From Giardia intestinalis (taxonomy: Eukaryota), in the NCBI GenBank assembly GCA_000002435.2, contig CM018793.1: a stretch of DNA of 64,000 nucleotides. One strand, written 5' to 3'. Below are positions 13,101 to 23,053 of the stretch, in pieces. Both the position numbers and the translations under genes were made by a program. The first letter of the stretch is position 1, and every line of letters begins with the position of its first letter. Below the pieces are notes generated by a model. That model searched no databases and was not told the origin of the DNA. It saw nothing but the letters and a program-made list of their open reading frames with translations.

Positions 13101-13910
13101 GACGAGAAGATGCTTTCAATCATTTTTGGCCGTAGCTATAACGGAACAATTACTTCTGCCGATATATTGCTTGGTCGTCCAGCAGATACTACCGGATACA
13201 CAAGGGAAGATTTCGAGCGATATCGCCTTGTCCTGAGAGAGACGCTGCACCGTCAGGCTCGCCCAAAGACGGCAGGAACTATCTCAGAGATTAAGAAATC
13301 GATAAAGAGGCCTATTAGTGCATATCCCTCAGGCTCATCTTCAGTGTTGCAGAAAGAACTCAGTACCCATTATGGGCTGTCCGTCACCGATAGCGCTGTG
13401 CACACAGTCAGGGACCTTGTGGAAATGAGACGGCCTACCTCACTGAGCTCTCCAGTCCGAGATGCTATGAGTTTTTCCCATCGAATCGCGCCCATTTCAC
13501 ACCACCCCGCTCATCAGCGTTCTTTTGCGATTCTTCGAAGACCCTGTGACACACCTATCGATAAGGACACTCCATCCACCCATGTCTCCAAGACTTCAAA
13601 GTTAACAATTGTAAGTACTTTGCCGACAATCTCGAGAGAAGCAGTAGCATTAGATCCTCCACCAATTTATGAGGATGGTCTAATATCAAGGGTATCGCAT
13701 GCTTTTACTAGACGTCCCTCACCGTCTAGAGGTTGTTCTACCTCCATACAGAATATCCCACCTATAAAGCCACCTTCTAACCATCAGACTCCAAGGCGAA
13801 GCAGATCGAAACCAGTCGCCTCTCTGTCCATATACTATCGTGATCTTTCTCCCTCCACTAGCGGTCCCGTTGACAAGCAATATAGATCCTATGTCTCTCC
13901 TGTAGATTAG
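7116..13910 (+). CDS. Large coiled-coil protein (2264 aa), hypothetical
   Basis: Single uninterrupted 6.8 kb ORF starting at a true ATG. It has extended heptad-like Glu/Leu/Lys/Arg-rich stretches (aa ~50-250 and ~600-1000). The tail is Ser/Pro-rich. No recognisable enzymatic motif was found. Confidence 0.7.
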   Translation: MVSQIVAWPPEAMAVIDDLSRKCLFQRKLIIQISDKHAAERELFVEKFRQYREQVEEYIKKLQTSYAETLIDLISNRENILSQLQCDDETDPQRNQTSEQQPSLLLEDDHQAANSSSYRQLLAKLRAELDPSVSKDVDLSSSVDVVGSLALQQHLDTPLSKLQEQFVTSLLQHDFNDQVRCIAEEYRLLLRESTEKYTEAKLSLEQVQLALRAKESENTVLRAKLKKYIMMDGGLRKIGNEVVNFNSIVSNALSGAPIRTSISTEKKNSSKSRITRRSVSLAAMGRSATVGSLRFSDPDIILSHATMIAEKCDNGLDGRTLDEPMGPKPEYHFRKTRHRKLIEHPDSQEFRGTPIAPTNSIVINVPCSSATQLDMTAELRRSVEHNAPCSLSATDYSQANANTTVVRCTLSDAHSGIMLEDLQSLTDAERDTASLRLATVAVGDEIPYQSISITTTHDFEIRGEQVVLTQYNDPLLTCPNPDLKSSMDSLSSLSTCPENSQSIFQSIGDTLKSLLVRADSTSKTPKSYPVRSTIDSCETAKETDDKLTDFCTAQISLADAKAQRLRMYHLMRSAVNKQTSADEDVLSQSAVKLLKDFSAPPNFSVEIPKPCASNTNNLQTGLLLQVDKCALKVENEAGEIETQVFYDKKIHTSVLPFLMSTNITHRQLIERLSLLEKRRKEHDSELVNSHALMSAAIAERREAVLGKERLERQMLAVIKERDVLMQSYENRLNSLQFNLKDSTERATVLHRECAELGANLQAEKERYFLLEEKYDRLATTVREDVLSEMKQIENATIGRLQADIVFYKDNLQLSEARIIELARINTRLEQTNSELKVDVLKQTLHKDQLKQRLRDELIIEYGRRIHTLEEQIEQDEKRYNEKLKEVGELTDAIYRLRADLDFLTEENAHMHVSMHSLSTEMADMVQKHHTSESDRRALYVKYSNLQQEATALRTERDALATELTTVTTTREEQTAALQQIIDAYRVKYLLALKRTTSSGKDADSLCLMVEKVHNHANSVLLENAKELEELNDYSSRLKELQNDTRQQSRCSYDSFSFSRDNRSASGLFCNKHVTINLDQLTEIKETPLSRKVFKSENLNGSDVEDVFQSPDGSTISDVSTLCDKDLSIGTSKQDVSAHQALLQHRRRKSVTVNSGIVVTNQTIGLTYSGLKVESAVGVSGVAALGVAVQTEAQSLLVTRGVNCRVENSMETIGIQVALPLVSVLSDSDLLAEAYDQVERLRMEKRVEADSHGAVMKTARDRMQSLETELLSQVHTKETLAATVADLKQQLDTLNREYSSYRQQHESASMFALQTSPSGAAQTVSIAMIEKLSHDIIDAIANQEQELLRKISLLSNHLSSLLDSRIANITISAGVLNSPQLQGAMLDSPRTSTLAEPLSNKATETSIFIVAARVSCGTQTTLYSNVVSDNSNCKKIEECGLTRLAPPSTADPQIDVHASQLDINYELFDSATDLPASEGSGNGCNILLSFDADQRAPIPNHECPLKGMDPPANTLLSTITDTNEDDSAAFVKPRIHEQDLSAKSPGAPAAVTFVHRAGELSHLMTNWANEEQDTLRDQEHDTISTTSRCTLPSQSFFDGSVRQYEADSNYPTSNDPPCLLGSVLHTSVPQDNHSLYSSQSSSSSVMQFSFKTEELLVATTNLDEDPVEARQHSIEEYYYANESRFNHALVKINATNHAHTDLATSNTRCKAVVTIDIELNMLRLACSGDLILPESHDDFCIENDELSPIALLESLGIFEQENICKYCGAYKDLDRYSSMNIERYAVAMQQAHERKETEVLSLPEKPNYVDALEELETFSNEQKIGMKLQPISAPQNPILLDKYAHYPLMTSSLLLKRHLCNEKGGVPGKRLCIGCPIITTNKVEYIDSLNAYAFAHDYERERDKLTLEDWYCSSIRREQLHQEILSKYDNLPIPRRDSAAGLMPSKGLAYADIPYSASKLQVATIIEVLHQRLDELQRLNGILLFDNKALQVKLCEDEKMLSIIFGRSYNGTITSADILLGRPADTTGYTREDFERYRLVLRETLHRQARPKTAGTISEIKKSIKRPISAYPSGSSSVLQKELSTHYGLSVTDSAVHTVRDLVEMRRPTSLSSPVRDAMSFSHRIAPISHHPAHQRSFAILRRPCDTPIDKDTPSTHVSKTSKLTIVSTLPTISREAVALDPPPIYEDGLISRVSHAFTRRPSPSRGCSTSIQNIPPIKPPSNHQTPRRSRSKPVASLSIYYRDLSPSTSGPVDKQYRSYVSPVD

Positions 13911-13934
13911 CTACTGTAGACTGTCTCTGCAAAA

Positions 13935-14891
13935 ATGTCCACCGTGTGCTGTCTGGCCTTGAGTCTGGCAATCCTGCTCTGCTTATGGCTCTGTAAGATA
14001 TTTATCATCCCATTATTTACTCTATCTGACAGAAAAGCGTCCAAACGCATCCGTTCATACATGCAAGATTCCTTAGAGCCTACATCCACGGGGACTGCAC
14101 GTCCGTTTGCCCTTATCACAGGAGCTACTGGATCTGTGGGGTCGGCATTTGCTGAATATCTCGCTAAAGAAGGTTATTCACTCGTCCTAACCGGAAGGTC
14201 TGAAGATCTACTTGAATCAGCTGCTAAAACCCTATCGGCAAAATTCCCTGCGGTAACTGTATTGACTAGAACATGTGATCTGGGTTCTCGTGCATCCATC
14301 TGTGACTTAGTTGAATCGCTTAATGAAATAAATGTTGCAGTGCTTATTAATAATGCAGGAGCCATCAACATCCTTCCTGACGATACGTTAGACATCTCAC
14401 CGGAAACTCTAGAGAGTATTGTCGCGGTAAATGTTCAAGGTACTACCCTTCTCACCCGTCTTATACTCCCAAAGCTGAAGACACGGAAAAATAGCTTGAT
14501 TGTTTTCATGGGCAGCATCAATGGCACCCTGCCTTGTCCGATGGTAGCGTGCTATAGTGCATCCAAAGCATATACACACGCATTTGGCATTGCTTTACAA
14601 GAGGAGCTTAGGCCTGCCGCCATAACCGTGCTTGTGGCGGCTCCGGCGTGGATTGCATCCAATATGACGCTCACTAAGCGAACAGGCCTATTATTTATAT
14701 CTCCAGATCACTTCGTCCGTTGTCTCTTCAAGGCGAGATGGAGCTCCACGGTTGTTAATCCATACTATTTTCATCGTATTATGACGAGTGTCCTGGGTAC
14801 ACTTCCAGAAAGGCTGCGTGTGAAGATTCAGTATCTTCAGCTTACTGACATACGCTCTAGGATCCAGCGAAAATTGGAAAAAGACAAGTGA
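13935..14891 (+). CDS. Short-chain dehydrogenase/reductase (SDR) family oxidoreductase with N-terminal TM anchor
   Basis: Rossmann motif ITGATGSVGSAF is present. The NNAG motif and the catalytic YSASK (YxxxK) motif are also present. An N-terminal hydrophobic segment (LALSLAILLCLWLC) is present. This resembles membrane-anchored ketoacyl/ketosphinganine/17beta-HSD-type reductases. Confidence 0.8.
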   Translation: MSTVCCLALSLAILLCLWLCKIFIIPLFTLSDRKASKRIRSYMQDSLEPTSTGTARPFALITGATGSVGSAFAEYLAKEGYSLVLTGRSEDLLESAAKTLSAKFPAVTVLTRTCDLGSRASICDLVESLNEINVAVLINNAGAINILPDDTLDISPETLESIVAVNVQGTTLLTRLILPKLKTRKNSLIVFMGSINGTLPCPMVACYSASKAYTHAFGIALQEELRPAAITVLVAAPAWIASNMTLTKRTGLLFISPDHFVRCLFKARWSSTVVNPYYFHRIMTSVLGTLPERLRVKIQYLQLTDIRSRIQRKLEKDK

Positions 14892-14908
14892 ACTTACAAT
14901 GCAGCAAG

Positions 14909-17900
14909 CTATTCTTCTATCAGATCCATGAACGCTTGCTCGAAGCGGCAAGATTCAATAGTCCAGTAGTGTGAAGAGAGAATTTCAATGCGATCTAGAT
15001 CTAGCAGTACATCTGCAAGTAAGGAATTGGCTCCAAACATATATGTTACACAGCCGGTAGACTCTGACAACGTATGTCCGATAAGGCACGCGCCGCTTGG
15101 GGTTGCGTAGATCTTTTCGGTGTAACAAGATGCTAAAGATGCCAACTCTATGCCTGTCAGGAGAGAATGTACAGGCTCTATAGCCGAGCTGCTTGGCTGC
15201 AAAGCCACGGTCACGGAAAACTTTACCTTGCTACGACTACAGATTTCTGCCATGGTTCCTAGTGCGACAATCTCTCCTGATTTCATGATGCAGCACCTAT
15301 CTGCAAGGGCTTCTACTTCCTGCATGTCGTGCGTTGTCAGCATCATCGTGCGGCAGACACCGCGGCTTGCGATAATAGCCTTCCAAATGTCTGTCTTCAT
15401 GCGACTAGAGAGACCTGTGGTGATCTCATCAAGGCAAACCAAAGAGGGGGATGACACTATGACCATTGCAAGTGTAAGCCGGCGCTGCATACCTCCCGAA
15501 AGCTCCCTAGCGCGTTTGTGCATGTGGTCATACAATTCAACTGTCTGCAATACAACATGAATGCTCTTGATGTTTGGCCTCAAGTTCTTAGATGTTATAC
15601 CGGCCATGATAATCATGTGATCGAGTACAGTGAATTCTGGGTAGAGCAAGTCGTCCTGAGGAATGATTGTGAGGAGCTCTCCGTGACGCGTGGTCGGGTT
15701 GAATAGATTGACTTTGTGGGAGTCCTTATCGTTACGAATACACATTGCAGTCCCCCTAGTTGGGACGTGAAGCCCTGTGAGTGCGTGCATAAGCGTTGAC
15801 TTTCCTGCCCCATTCCCACCTAGAAGAGCGAAAACCTCTCCGTCGGCAATGCTAAAAGATATATCCTTTATCGCCACATTGCCACTTGGGTACTTATGAA
15901 AAACATTTTTGATATCCAAATGCGCTCTCTTGGCTGTGCTTTCGTTTAAGGAATAAGTAGACAAAGTACTAAACACACTTTGCATGGGCGTGCGAGTAAG
16001 TGCAAAGTCGTCTGCTGATCTTTCCAAAAATGTGGAGGTATGCATGGTGGATACGGAGGCAAAGGTATCTGGAAGTGTCGTGAAACTGGTGTATATCCTC
16101 GGGTCCTGAACATCTTGTTTGTGTACTGTAGAGCTGGACTTACATGCAGTGCACGTAGCACAACCATCGATGAAATATATAGCAACGAAGCAGAATCCTA
16201 GATGCACAAGGAAAATAGCAACACATGTAATAATCGGGCCTACATTAATGAATCCAAAAGAGACAGTATAGGTCAGCTCCCAAAAGACACCCAGCGACGG
16301 CAAAACAAGACTTAGCGCTAGAGATATAGGTTCATTCATTTTGATAATAGAACAGTAGATGATATTGATAAAGACTACAATAGAGATAAGAAGGATTGCC
16401 AACCGTACCTGTTTCACTAAGAGGGCAATAAGAATAGAATAAGTCGTACAATTGAAGCTGGCTAGTAAGTACAGAAATAGCAGGCACAAAATGGTTGTGG
16501 GAGGATTGCTCCACAAGAAGGCGGGTATAGACACAGAGAGAATCAGAATGCAGAGAAATGATGCTACAAAGGACCAGAGGGTGTAGTAGAGAATATGCGA
16601 TCCCAAGAATAGATGCTTGGAGATATTATGAAGTAGGAAGACCCGCAGTAATCGGTCTTCAATCTCGCGTGCCACCCGAATGCCTACTATTATCATTGGA
16701 ACAAGGAATACAAAAGGCATGACATAAGAAGTAAGAAGCTCCATCTGGCGCAGAAGCATAATGTGGTCACTTGGAAATGCAAATCTCGGATTTGAGAAAT
16801 ATGGCATCACTTGAACCTTGGCAGTATAGGTGAAGCTATACGCTACTGTCAGCGCTTGGTCATAAGAGGTGCCTCTCCCTAACTCAGCCTTCATGATGTC
16901 ACGCCGAAAGATAGAGCCAACAAATCTCACAACTTGATCAAGCATTGGAACAGCAAGGGAAGGGTCGATACGAAGGGGGTTCTGAAGCATATTGTATCCC
17001 AACGCACCAACACCACCGAAATACGGGAAGGCAGGCATGTTTGCACGATGGTTTGTGTTGTTGAATCTTAGATTGATATAGGTATTGGAGAAGCCGCGAT
17101 TTTGAGTCCCCATAGGAGGCAGGGGCCCATATAGTGTAAAGCTAAGCGCGTTCGGCGCAGATGATGAATGGATAGCAATCACTGCAGTGGGCATCCGCAT
17201 GAAGGCATCTCGGACAATAGAGATCCGCTTGGAAACATTCAGCGCCTCTGTTTGATCGGCATAGTTAACGGTCTTAGCCTGACCGTCATAGAACTCACGC
17301 ATCATACTCCGTACTGTTGAGAAATACACTATCCCTTCGTCTCTATAGATGCAGCTTTTTGCTTGGGTATCACTGGGACAGTCTCCAGAGGCCAACACCT
17401 TATATTCCGAGCCAGAGGGAATAAGACACTCGTACCTAGCTACAGATAAAATTGTCTTCGGAAAGTAATAGCTAAAGACGTTGTCTTCGTCCGTAGCCGG
17501 GGTCCTAAACTCCATTACACTATTAAGGCCATAAAATGGTGTGATAGTATCGTATGTGCTTAAGGGAATAATCCACTCCTGCGGCAATTTCATCTTGCTT
17601 AAAAGCAAAGTGAAGTCATCGCCCGGCCCTGTGTCTGTCTTCAGGCTGCGTAGCTCCACGCCACCCAGGTGAGGGTACCCAGCACTTCCAACCATTTTGC
17701 CCAACCAAGTTGGTGGCGCCTCCTCTGTTATCACTCCAAGATAGGCCCAATCGGCAATAGAAGAGTCCAGACCTTGCTGGGGCTGAATGTAAGCTCCGTC
17801 GCCAAGGACGTAGTATGAGGTGTTTGCTATGTCTAAGCCAAGAAACTTTGCATAGCTCTGACATACGGGAAGAGAACCCATATATTGGTAAAATGGCGCA

Positions 17901-20900
17901 AATAATGCAGAACTACGATCAGAAAAGCAGGTCTCGATAACCTCCTTCAATGGCTTATTGCCTGCTGTAGACCTACACGCAGAAATGCACCCCTCCGCAT
18001 AGGTTGCAGTCAGTGGTCTGAAAAGCTGCGCAGCAGACTCGGTTATTGTCTTAACTGAATTTGAAAGCATTGAAACAACGAGGGCAGTGGCTGCCACGTT
18101 AACTACAAGAACACCAATGAACTTCACAAAGTACTCGCGACAATCCGCTAACCAATTTTTATAAAACATATACTTCAATGGATTGGGACGTATGGGACGA
18201 ACAATCTTTTTGTGCATAGCAGCCGAGACTTGAGGTCCGCAAGTCTGTGAAGTGATTTCAGAAGGCTTATTGTCAACAAGTTTAACAAATACATCATCGA
18301 GACTAGCCTTGGAAAGCATATAATCGATTCCACAGTCTTTGCAAAATAACTCAATCCCTTGTGTAATAGGTATCACTAACGAGGAGTGGTCCAGAAAGAT
18401 GGATGGAATGGATATTTTGATAACATGTGGAAATACAGAGACTATCCTTATTTCGTCCAGACTCCCACTAGATGTAGAGTTCGGGGTAATATTGATAAGT
18501 GTCCTTCGCAGAAGGTCCACTGCCTTGTTTGCAGTAAACTCTGGTAATTCTGATAACAAGCTCAGGTCACCAAAGATGAGAGACAGCGTGTAGTCGCCGT
18601 GGCGGCGGCATAGTTCTAAGGGAGTGGATGCATGTATCGTTTTGCCATCTCGGAAGATGAGCACGTTGGTGGAGAGCTCTGCGACTTCGCCAGCATCATG
18701 AGTGGTAAGAATAGCCGACGCATCTCCCAGCTCGACTAAGTCCTTAACGAAGGCCCAGATCTGTCTCTTCAACAACGGATCAACCCCAGACGTGATTTCA
18801 TCAAAGAAGAAGATTGCAGGGTATCCAGCAGTAGCGTTGGCCAGTGCCAAGCGGCGCAGCATGCCGCCTGACAAGTCTTTCGCCAGCCTGGTCTGCACCG
18901 AAGAACTGGAAAGGTGGATCTTACGCAAGAGGAACTGGACATAATTATCCACGCTGCCATGCACTCCTAAGATTTTGCTGTCGTACGTTCCCAAGCTCTT
19001 GCTGCGGAAAATTGTGGAATAGTATACGTTTTCGTAAACAGACATTGCCATCCACACGTTAGTACGGTCTTGCGGACAGTACCCGATATTCGGCTTGAGG
19101 TAATAGGCATCATAAGGCGATCTTAGATCATAACGTTCCAGTACTTTAAATACTGGCTTCTGCATAGAATCCTCTAAGTCATCCGATGTGCTTTCAAACT
19201 TCAGTTCTCCGCTAAGGATATTCAAAAGCGTTGACTTTCCCCCTCCACTAGCTGCCACAAGGCCCAGAATTTCTTTTTTATGAAGTGTGAAGCTGAAATC
19301 ACGTAATGTGGTGTTCTGGCGCCTGCACGTCTTGTATGTCTTTCTCAAGCCACGTATTTCCAAAGTTGTTTTGCAGCTTTCTACTTCCAGTAAAAGTTTG
19401 CTTTGGTTGCGGCGGTGATCCTTTTGCACTGCCCAGAAGCGCTTTGAAACAAGAAAGTACCACGGTATTCCTCTCCAACTGAACTCTGGTTTGGAGTGCG
19501 TTAGCAAGAGAAGAAGAAGTGGAATAACCACCAGGCTTTGTAGCAGAGATACCAATACAAGCCACCACACCATGGGAAATTGAAAGACGCAATCACTGGA
19601 GCTTGTAGAGCTAATGCAAATACGTAAGGTTGAGTGGTAGTTATTCCAATCGCTTGTAATGAAGGAGATCGGAATTTTCGTGTAGTCAAGAGAGTTGAAT
19701 GAATAATTAAATCCACCTTCTGTCATCATTAAGAGCATATCAACTAGGGAAAAGCTACAAAACAGCGGAATCAAAACGATGAAGATCCATGTCACTTCCT
19801 TTGGGACTACAATGGGTTGCCAAAGACTAACCTTGGTATCAGAATGACTTAGAATTAAAAAGGGAATGATAACAAAGCACAGAACGCTGAATGCAGAAAG
19901 CACAAGGGACAGTGCAGGTGAATAAAAAAGGTATGCAAGCAAAAGCGCAAAGCCAGTGTTACCTAAGGCAAAAATAATTGCAAAGACAATAACAACAGGA
20001 TATTCAAACTCAGCAAATGGGTATGCCTTGATAAGGAAGTTGAGAGAGCAAAATACAATCATGGATATGAGGTTCAAAACGAGCAGACAGAGGGCGTTAG
20101 TGCATAGTAGGTGTATTTCTTTGACTCCTAAGCGCCGCAGACTGGTGTGGGTTCTACCACGGAAGGTACCCGCAACCACAGTCGATAAAATTAAATTCAG
20201 TCCCAGCGCAATACCCATGAAGCAGTATGTTCTGTTAATGAGATAGACAGTCGTATCTGACCGTTTTACATACATAGCAAGGTCGTATGTGTAGTCCATT
20301 CCGCGATAGTACTTTAGAATTGCTCCATCGACGAGTCTGTTGACAGTATAGCTGAGCGTAGTCCAGAAATTTGGATTCCAAAGGTCTCCTATAGAAAATG
20401 TTATATTATCCTTAGTTTGATAGACATATCGTGAAAGCATAGTTTGATTGTAATAGAGCACGTAACTAATAGAGCTGGGGATTGACTTCCCTGTTGGTGT
20501 AGAAATTGTTTGCTGGGATATAGAAAAGTCAAGTGCCAGGAAGATGTTGTGATAGGTATTAAGCGCATAGTCATATGCTGGTCGATAGTCATCGTAATTA
20601 ATTCCATAGATTGTAGAGATCATCTGCTGCGCACTTGGAATATCTAGTATATGAGTATTCGGGTCTATTTCATCATAGAGCGTCTTATTGCCATACTGTA
20701 AGTGTTCGCGCATAATAGTTTGCACATTGATGGAACTGATAAACTTGGCAGGATCTGGCCCCAGACCCAAGAGGGACATGTTTTTGATCATCTGATCACT
20801 AGAGTCAAAGCCCACAGTCCTGGTATTTGAAGTGGATAGATTAGAATTGTTGATGATTAGCTTTACCAGCTCCTGGGTCTCTTGAGTATTGGGAGAGTAT

Positions 20901-21124
20901 GCTAAATAGATAGTATTCTCTGTACAATAAAAACTCTGGTCACATGCCGGTAAAGAAGGCAGCTTCATAGCGGCTGGCATCCGGAGAGGAAATGGGAGAT
21001 TAGTGATGATTTCAAAGATCCCAAAGAGTGCCAAGAACACTAAAGTTGGAGACAGGACCAGTGCTGAAACGAGAAGTGCCCTCCTCCTGTATAGAAGCAA
21101 GGTAAATTCTAGGAGGGAAGGCAT
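14909..21124 (-). CDS. ABC transporter, ABCA-like full transporter (TMD-NBD-TMD-NBD), 2071 aa
   Basis: Two nucleotide-binding domains are present. Walker A motifs are GGNGAGKST and ASGGGKST. ABC signature motifs are LSGGMQRRL and LSGGMLRRL. Walker B motifs are LDEITTGL and FDEITSGVD. Each NBD is preceded by a multi-span hydrophobic domain. The start is a true ATG with an AT-rich upstream region. Confidence 0.9.
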   Translation of the reverse strand: MPSLLEFTLLLYRRRALLVSALVLSPTLVFLALFGIFEIITNLPFPLRMPAAMKLPSLPACDQSFYCTENTIYLAYSPNTQETQELVKLIINNSNLSTSNTRTVGFDSSDQMIKNMSLLGLGPDPAKFISSINVQTIMREHLQYGNKTLYDEIDPNTHILDIPSAQQMISTIYGINYDDYRPAYDYALNTYHNIFLALDFSISQQTISTPTGKSIPSSISYVLYYNQTMLSRYVYQTKDNITFSIGDLWNPNFWTTLSYTVNRLVDGAILKYYRGMDYTYDLAMYVKRSDTTVYLINRTYCFMGIALGLNLILSTVVAGTFRGRTHTSLRRLGVKEIHLLCTNALCLLVLNLISMIVFCSLNFLIKAYPFAEFEYPVVIVFAIIFALGNTGFALLLAYLFYSPALSLVLSAFSVLCFVIIPFLILSHSDTKVSLWQPIVVPKEVTWIFIVLIPLFCSFSLVDMLLMMTEGGFNYSFNSLDYTKIPISFITSDWNNYHSTLRICISSTSSSDCVFQFPMVWWLVLVSLLQSLVVIPLLLLLLTHSKPEFSWRGIPWYFLVSKRFWAVQKDHRRNQSKLLLEVESCKTTLEIRGLRKTYKTCRRQNTTLRDFSFTLHKKEILGLVAASGGGKSTLLNILSGELKFESTSDDLEDSMQKPVFKVLERYDLRSPYDAYYLKPNIGYCPQDRTNVWMAMSVYENVYYSTIFRSKSLGTYDSKILGVHGSVDNYVQFLLRKIHLSSSSVQTRLAKDLSGGMLRRLALANATAGYPAIFFFDEITSGVDPLLKRQIWAFVKDLVELGDASAILTTHDAGEVAELSTNVLIFRDGKTIHASTPLELCRRHGDYTLSLIFGDLSLLSELPEFTANKAVDLLRRTLINITPNSTSSGSLDEIRIVSVFPHVIKISIPSIFLDHSSLVIPITQGIELFCKDCGIDYMLSKASLDDVFVKLVDNKPSEITSQTCGPQVSAAMHKKIVRPIRPNPLKYMFYKNWLADCREYFVKFIGVLVVNVAATALVVSMLSNSVKTITESAAQLFRPLTATYAEGCISACRSTAGNKPLKEVIETCFSDRSSALFAPFYQYMGSLPVCQSYAKFLGLDIANTSYYVLGDGAYIQPQQGLDSSIADWAYLGVITEEAPPTWLGKMVGSAGYPHLGGVELRSLKTDTGPGDDFTLLLSKMKLPQEWIIPLSTYDTITPFYGLNSVMEFRTPATDEDNVFSYYFPKTILSVARYECLIPSGSEYKVLASGDCPSDTQAKSCIYRDEGIVYFSTVRSMMREFYDGQAKTVNYADQTEALNVSKRISIVRDAFMRMPTAVIAIHSSSAPNALSFTLYGPLPPMGTQNRGFSNTYINLRFNNTNHRANMPAFPYFGGVGALGYNMLQNPLRIDPSLAVPMLDQVVRFVGSIFRRDIMKAELGRGTSYDQALTVAYSFTYTAKVQVMPYFSNPRFAFPSDHIMLLRQMELLTSYVMPFVFLVPMIIVGIRVAREIEDRLLRVFLLHNISKHLFLGSHILYYTLWSFVASFLCILILSVSIPAFLWSNPPTTILCLLFLYLLASFNCTTYSILIALLVKQVRLAILLISIVVFINIIYCSIIKMNEPISLALSLVLPSLGVFWELTYTVSFGFINVGPIITCVAIFLVHLGFCFVAIYFIDGCATCTACKSSSTVHKQDVQDPRIYTSFTTLPDTFASVSTMHTSTFLERSADDFALTRTPMQSVFSTLSTYSLNESTAKRAHLDIKNVFHKYPSGNVAIKDISFSIADGEVFALLGGNGAGKSTLMHALTGLHVPTRGTAMCIRNDKDSHKVNLFNPTTRHGELLTIIPQDDLLYPEFTVLDHMIIMAGITSKNLRPNIKSIHVVLQTVELYDHMHKRARELSGGMQRRLTLAMVIVSSPSLVCLDEITTGLSSRMKTDIWKAIIASRGVCRTMMLTTHDMQEVEALADRCCIMKSGEIVALGTMAEICSRSKVKFSVTVALQPSSSAIEPVHSLLTGIELASLASCYTEKIYATPSGACLIGHTLSESTGCVTYMFGANSLLADVLLDLDRIEILSSHYWTIESCRFEQAFMDLIEE

Positions 21125-23036
21125 AGCCTGTAAAAATTAAATCGACAGGTGCTCAACCCTACAAACCAGGGTTTTATCCACAATTATAGTTGTTTCTCAA
21201 TTGGTGGAGGTACTAGGTCTGAGCCAAACTTGCGGCTCATACTTAGCACCCAAACTAAAAACGGAAGCCAATCTATAGGTATCGTAGCTAAATAACTTTC
21301 TTCACACAAGGATCATAAGCACACCGCTATTCGGTAGTTTATATAGACCTCGAAGCCCTGTGACTATTTGTAAAGTGAGACTCTATTCTATTACTCTATT
21401 TCATTTTTAGATATCATTTTGGGCTTCAGAATGCGGGACGATGACATAGAATTAGAGTTACGTGGTAAAGTTACAGACATATGAATTACGAGTGTCGCCA
21501 GGCCTCACGACCAGGCTGGTCTGACGAGCTTGCACAGAACAGGAGCCGGGACTCCTCTGTGTCTGCCTAGACCGCACTAGCCGGCGGAGAACCCAGTAAG
21601 GGGCAGATGCATTGAGGCCCCAGTGTTTGAGCCGTAAGGGACTAGGGCATCCAAAGGAGCTGCAGAGCACGCTTACCCCAGCGAGTCCTTGTCGTAGCTC
21701 TTCTCGTGTCCGATGCTCCCGCCCATAATTAGGTAGCGGATGTGTGGAACAGTGACCAGTCCAGCAGGACGTGACTGGCGGACGACCCCGCCTCATCGAC
21801 AACTGTGCACACTGGTGAGTCTCAAAGACAGACAGGGGCCATCCAGTTCGTAACGATCATCGGTAGGTGTCCTTTACGGCAGAGGAGAATGCGACCAACA
21901 GGCCACAGAGCTGCTTGCACAAAGTCCTTCCACCACTGACGCAGACCGACCCCTCGCAAGATCCTTAGCGGAGTTGCATCCGAGATGTGTGCCTGCGTTG
22001 CTGTCCAGGTGCATGTGCCGGCCTCGGTGCTTCCCACAAGCTTGCGAGCATCGAGCTGGCCTCTACCGAACCGTATCAGAAGTTAACGTCAAGACGTGGC
22101 CCCCTCAGTTAGCTTCTGCAGGCTCCCAGAGCTACGCACCAAGAGGCCGTTCTTCTTTGGTTGTGCAGCGTGGGGAGATACATCGAACTACCACACCCTC
22201 TCTGTGTGGCGTGGTTTACGACGGGGGACGGGATCCCTGTGCTCATGTCTATCTGCCCAGGGCCAGCCACAGCCCGGGTTGACGATGACAAGCGAACATC
22301 GCCCAGCTCCTTGTTAGCAGGTGGGAGATCTCGCCACCCTAGTACCCACAACAAAGGGTGCTGATCACTGGCAGAGAGACACGACACTCAGGCTCCCGCT
22401 CCTTCCACTGATGGTAGCCCACTATGAGGAGCCCTTTGCCGCCTGCACCAACAACCTCAGGCACCATGGGTCCGAATGCTTCTACGGTGGACAGCGGTAG
22501 CACTATGATGATCTGGGGTGACAGGAGTCCTGGCTCACTGGCTCAGGAGACAGCACGCTTTGGGCAATGCTTCCCTCCTGTCCAGATCTTGGAGGGCTGG
22601 CTGCCTTCCGGGCCCCATCTGGCACCTTGTTATGCGGTGGGAACTTTAGTAGCATTTAGTACACAAGATCAGAGCTATGCACACACCAGGCGAGAGCGTC
22701 TCATGGGCTTACCTCTGTTGGTCCACACTTCTACGGACCCGGTATCTCCCCAGGGACTGCAAGGATCCGCTTTCAGGTGCTATCCGCCAGGCAACCGGGC
22801 TGGCAAGGGTCGTCTGGGGGACGCCACAGGGACAGAGAGAGCACTGGCAGACGGAGGTCCGCAAGGGGTCGCCTCGCGCAGGGAAGGCACAAGGCCCAGC
22901 TCTCCGAGGATGTAGGGACACCGGAAGAGAGGTTGGCAGAGAGGCTGCAGGCATGTGGGTGGTCCCGTGCATATTCGTGGACTTTCTGTTTCCCTGCGCA
23001 GTGGGCTGAGTATCATAGGCTACACGTAGTGGATGC

Positions 23037-23043
23037 GTTTACT
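23037..23043 (-). terminator. Giardia polyadenylation signal AGTAAAC (AGTRAAY) downstream of the VSP stop
   Basis: The minus-strand sequence after the VSP reads TAG ATACTTAG GTAGTAAAC. This matches the established Giardia poly(A) signal consensus placed a few nt after the stop. Confidence 0.6.
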
Positions 23044-23053
23044 ACCTAAGTAT

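Noticed and set aside
21458-23049. Cluster of 60-212 aa ORFs on both strands in the GC-rich tract
   Set aside because: They overlap each other in multiple frames on both strands and have no AT-rich initiator context. They encode Arg/Pro/Ala-rich low-complexity peptides, which is typical random-ORF behaviour in GC-rich non-coding DNA.
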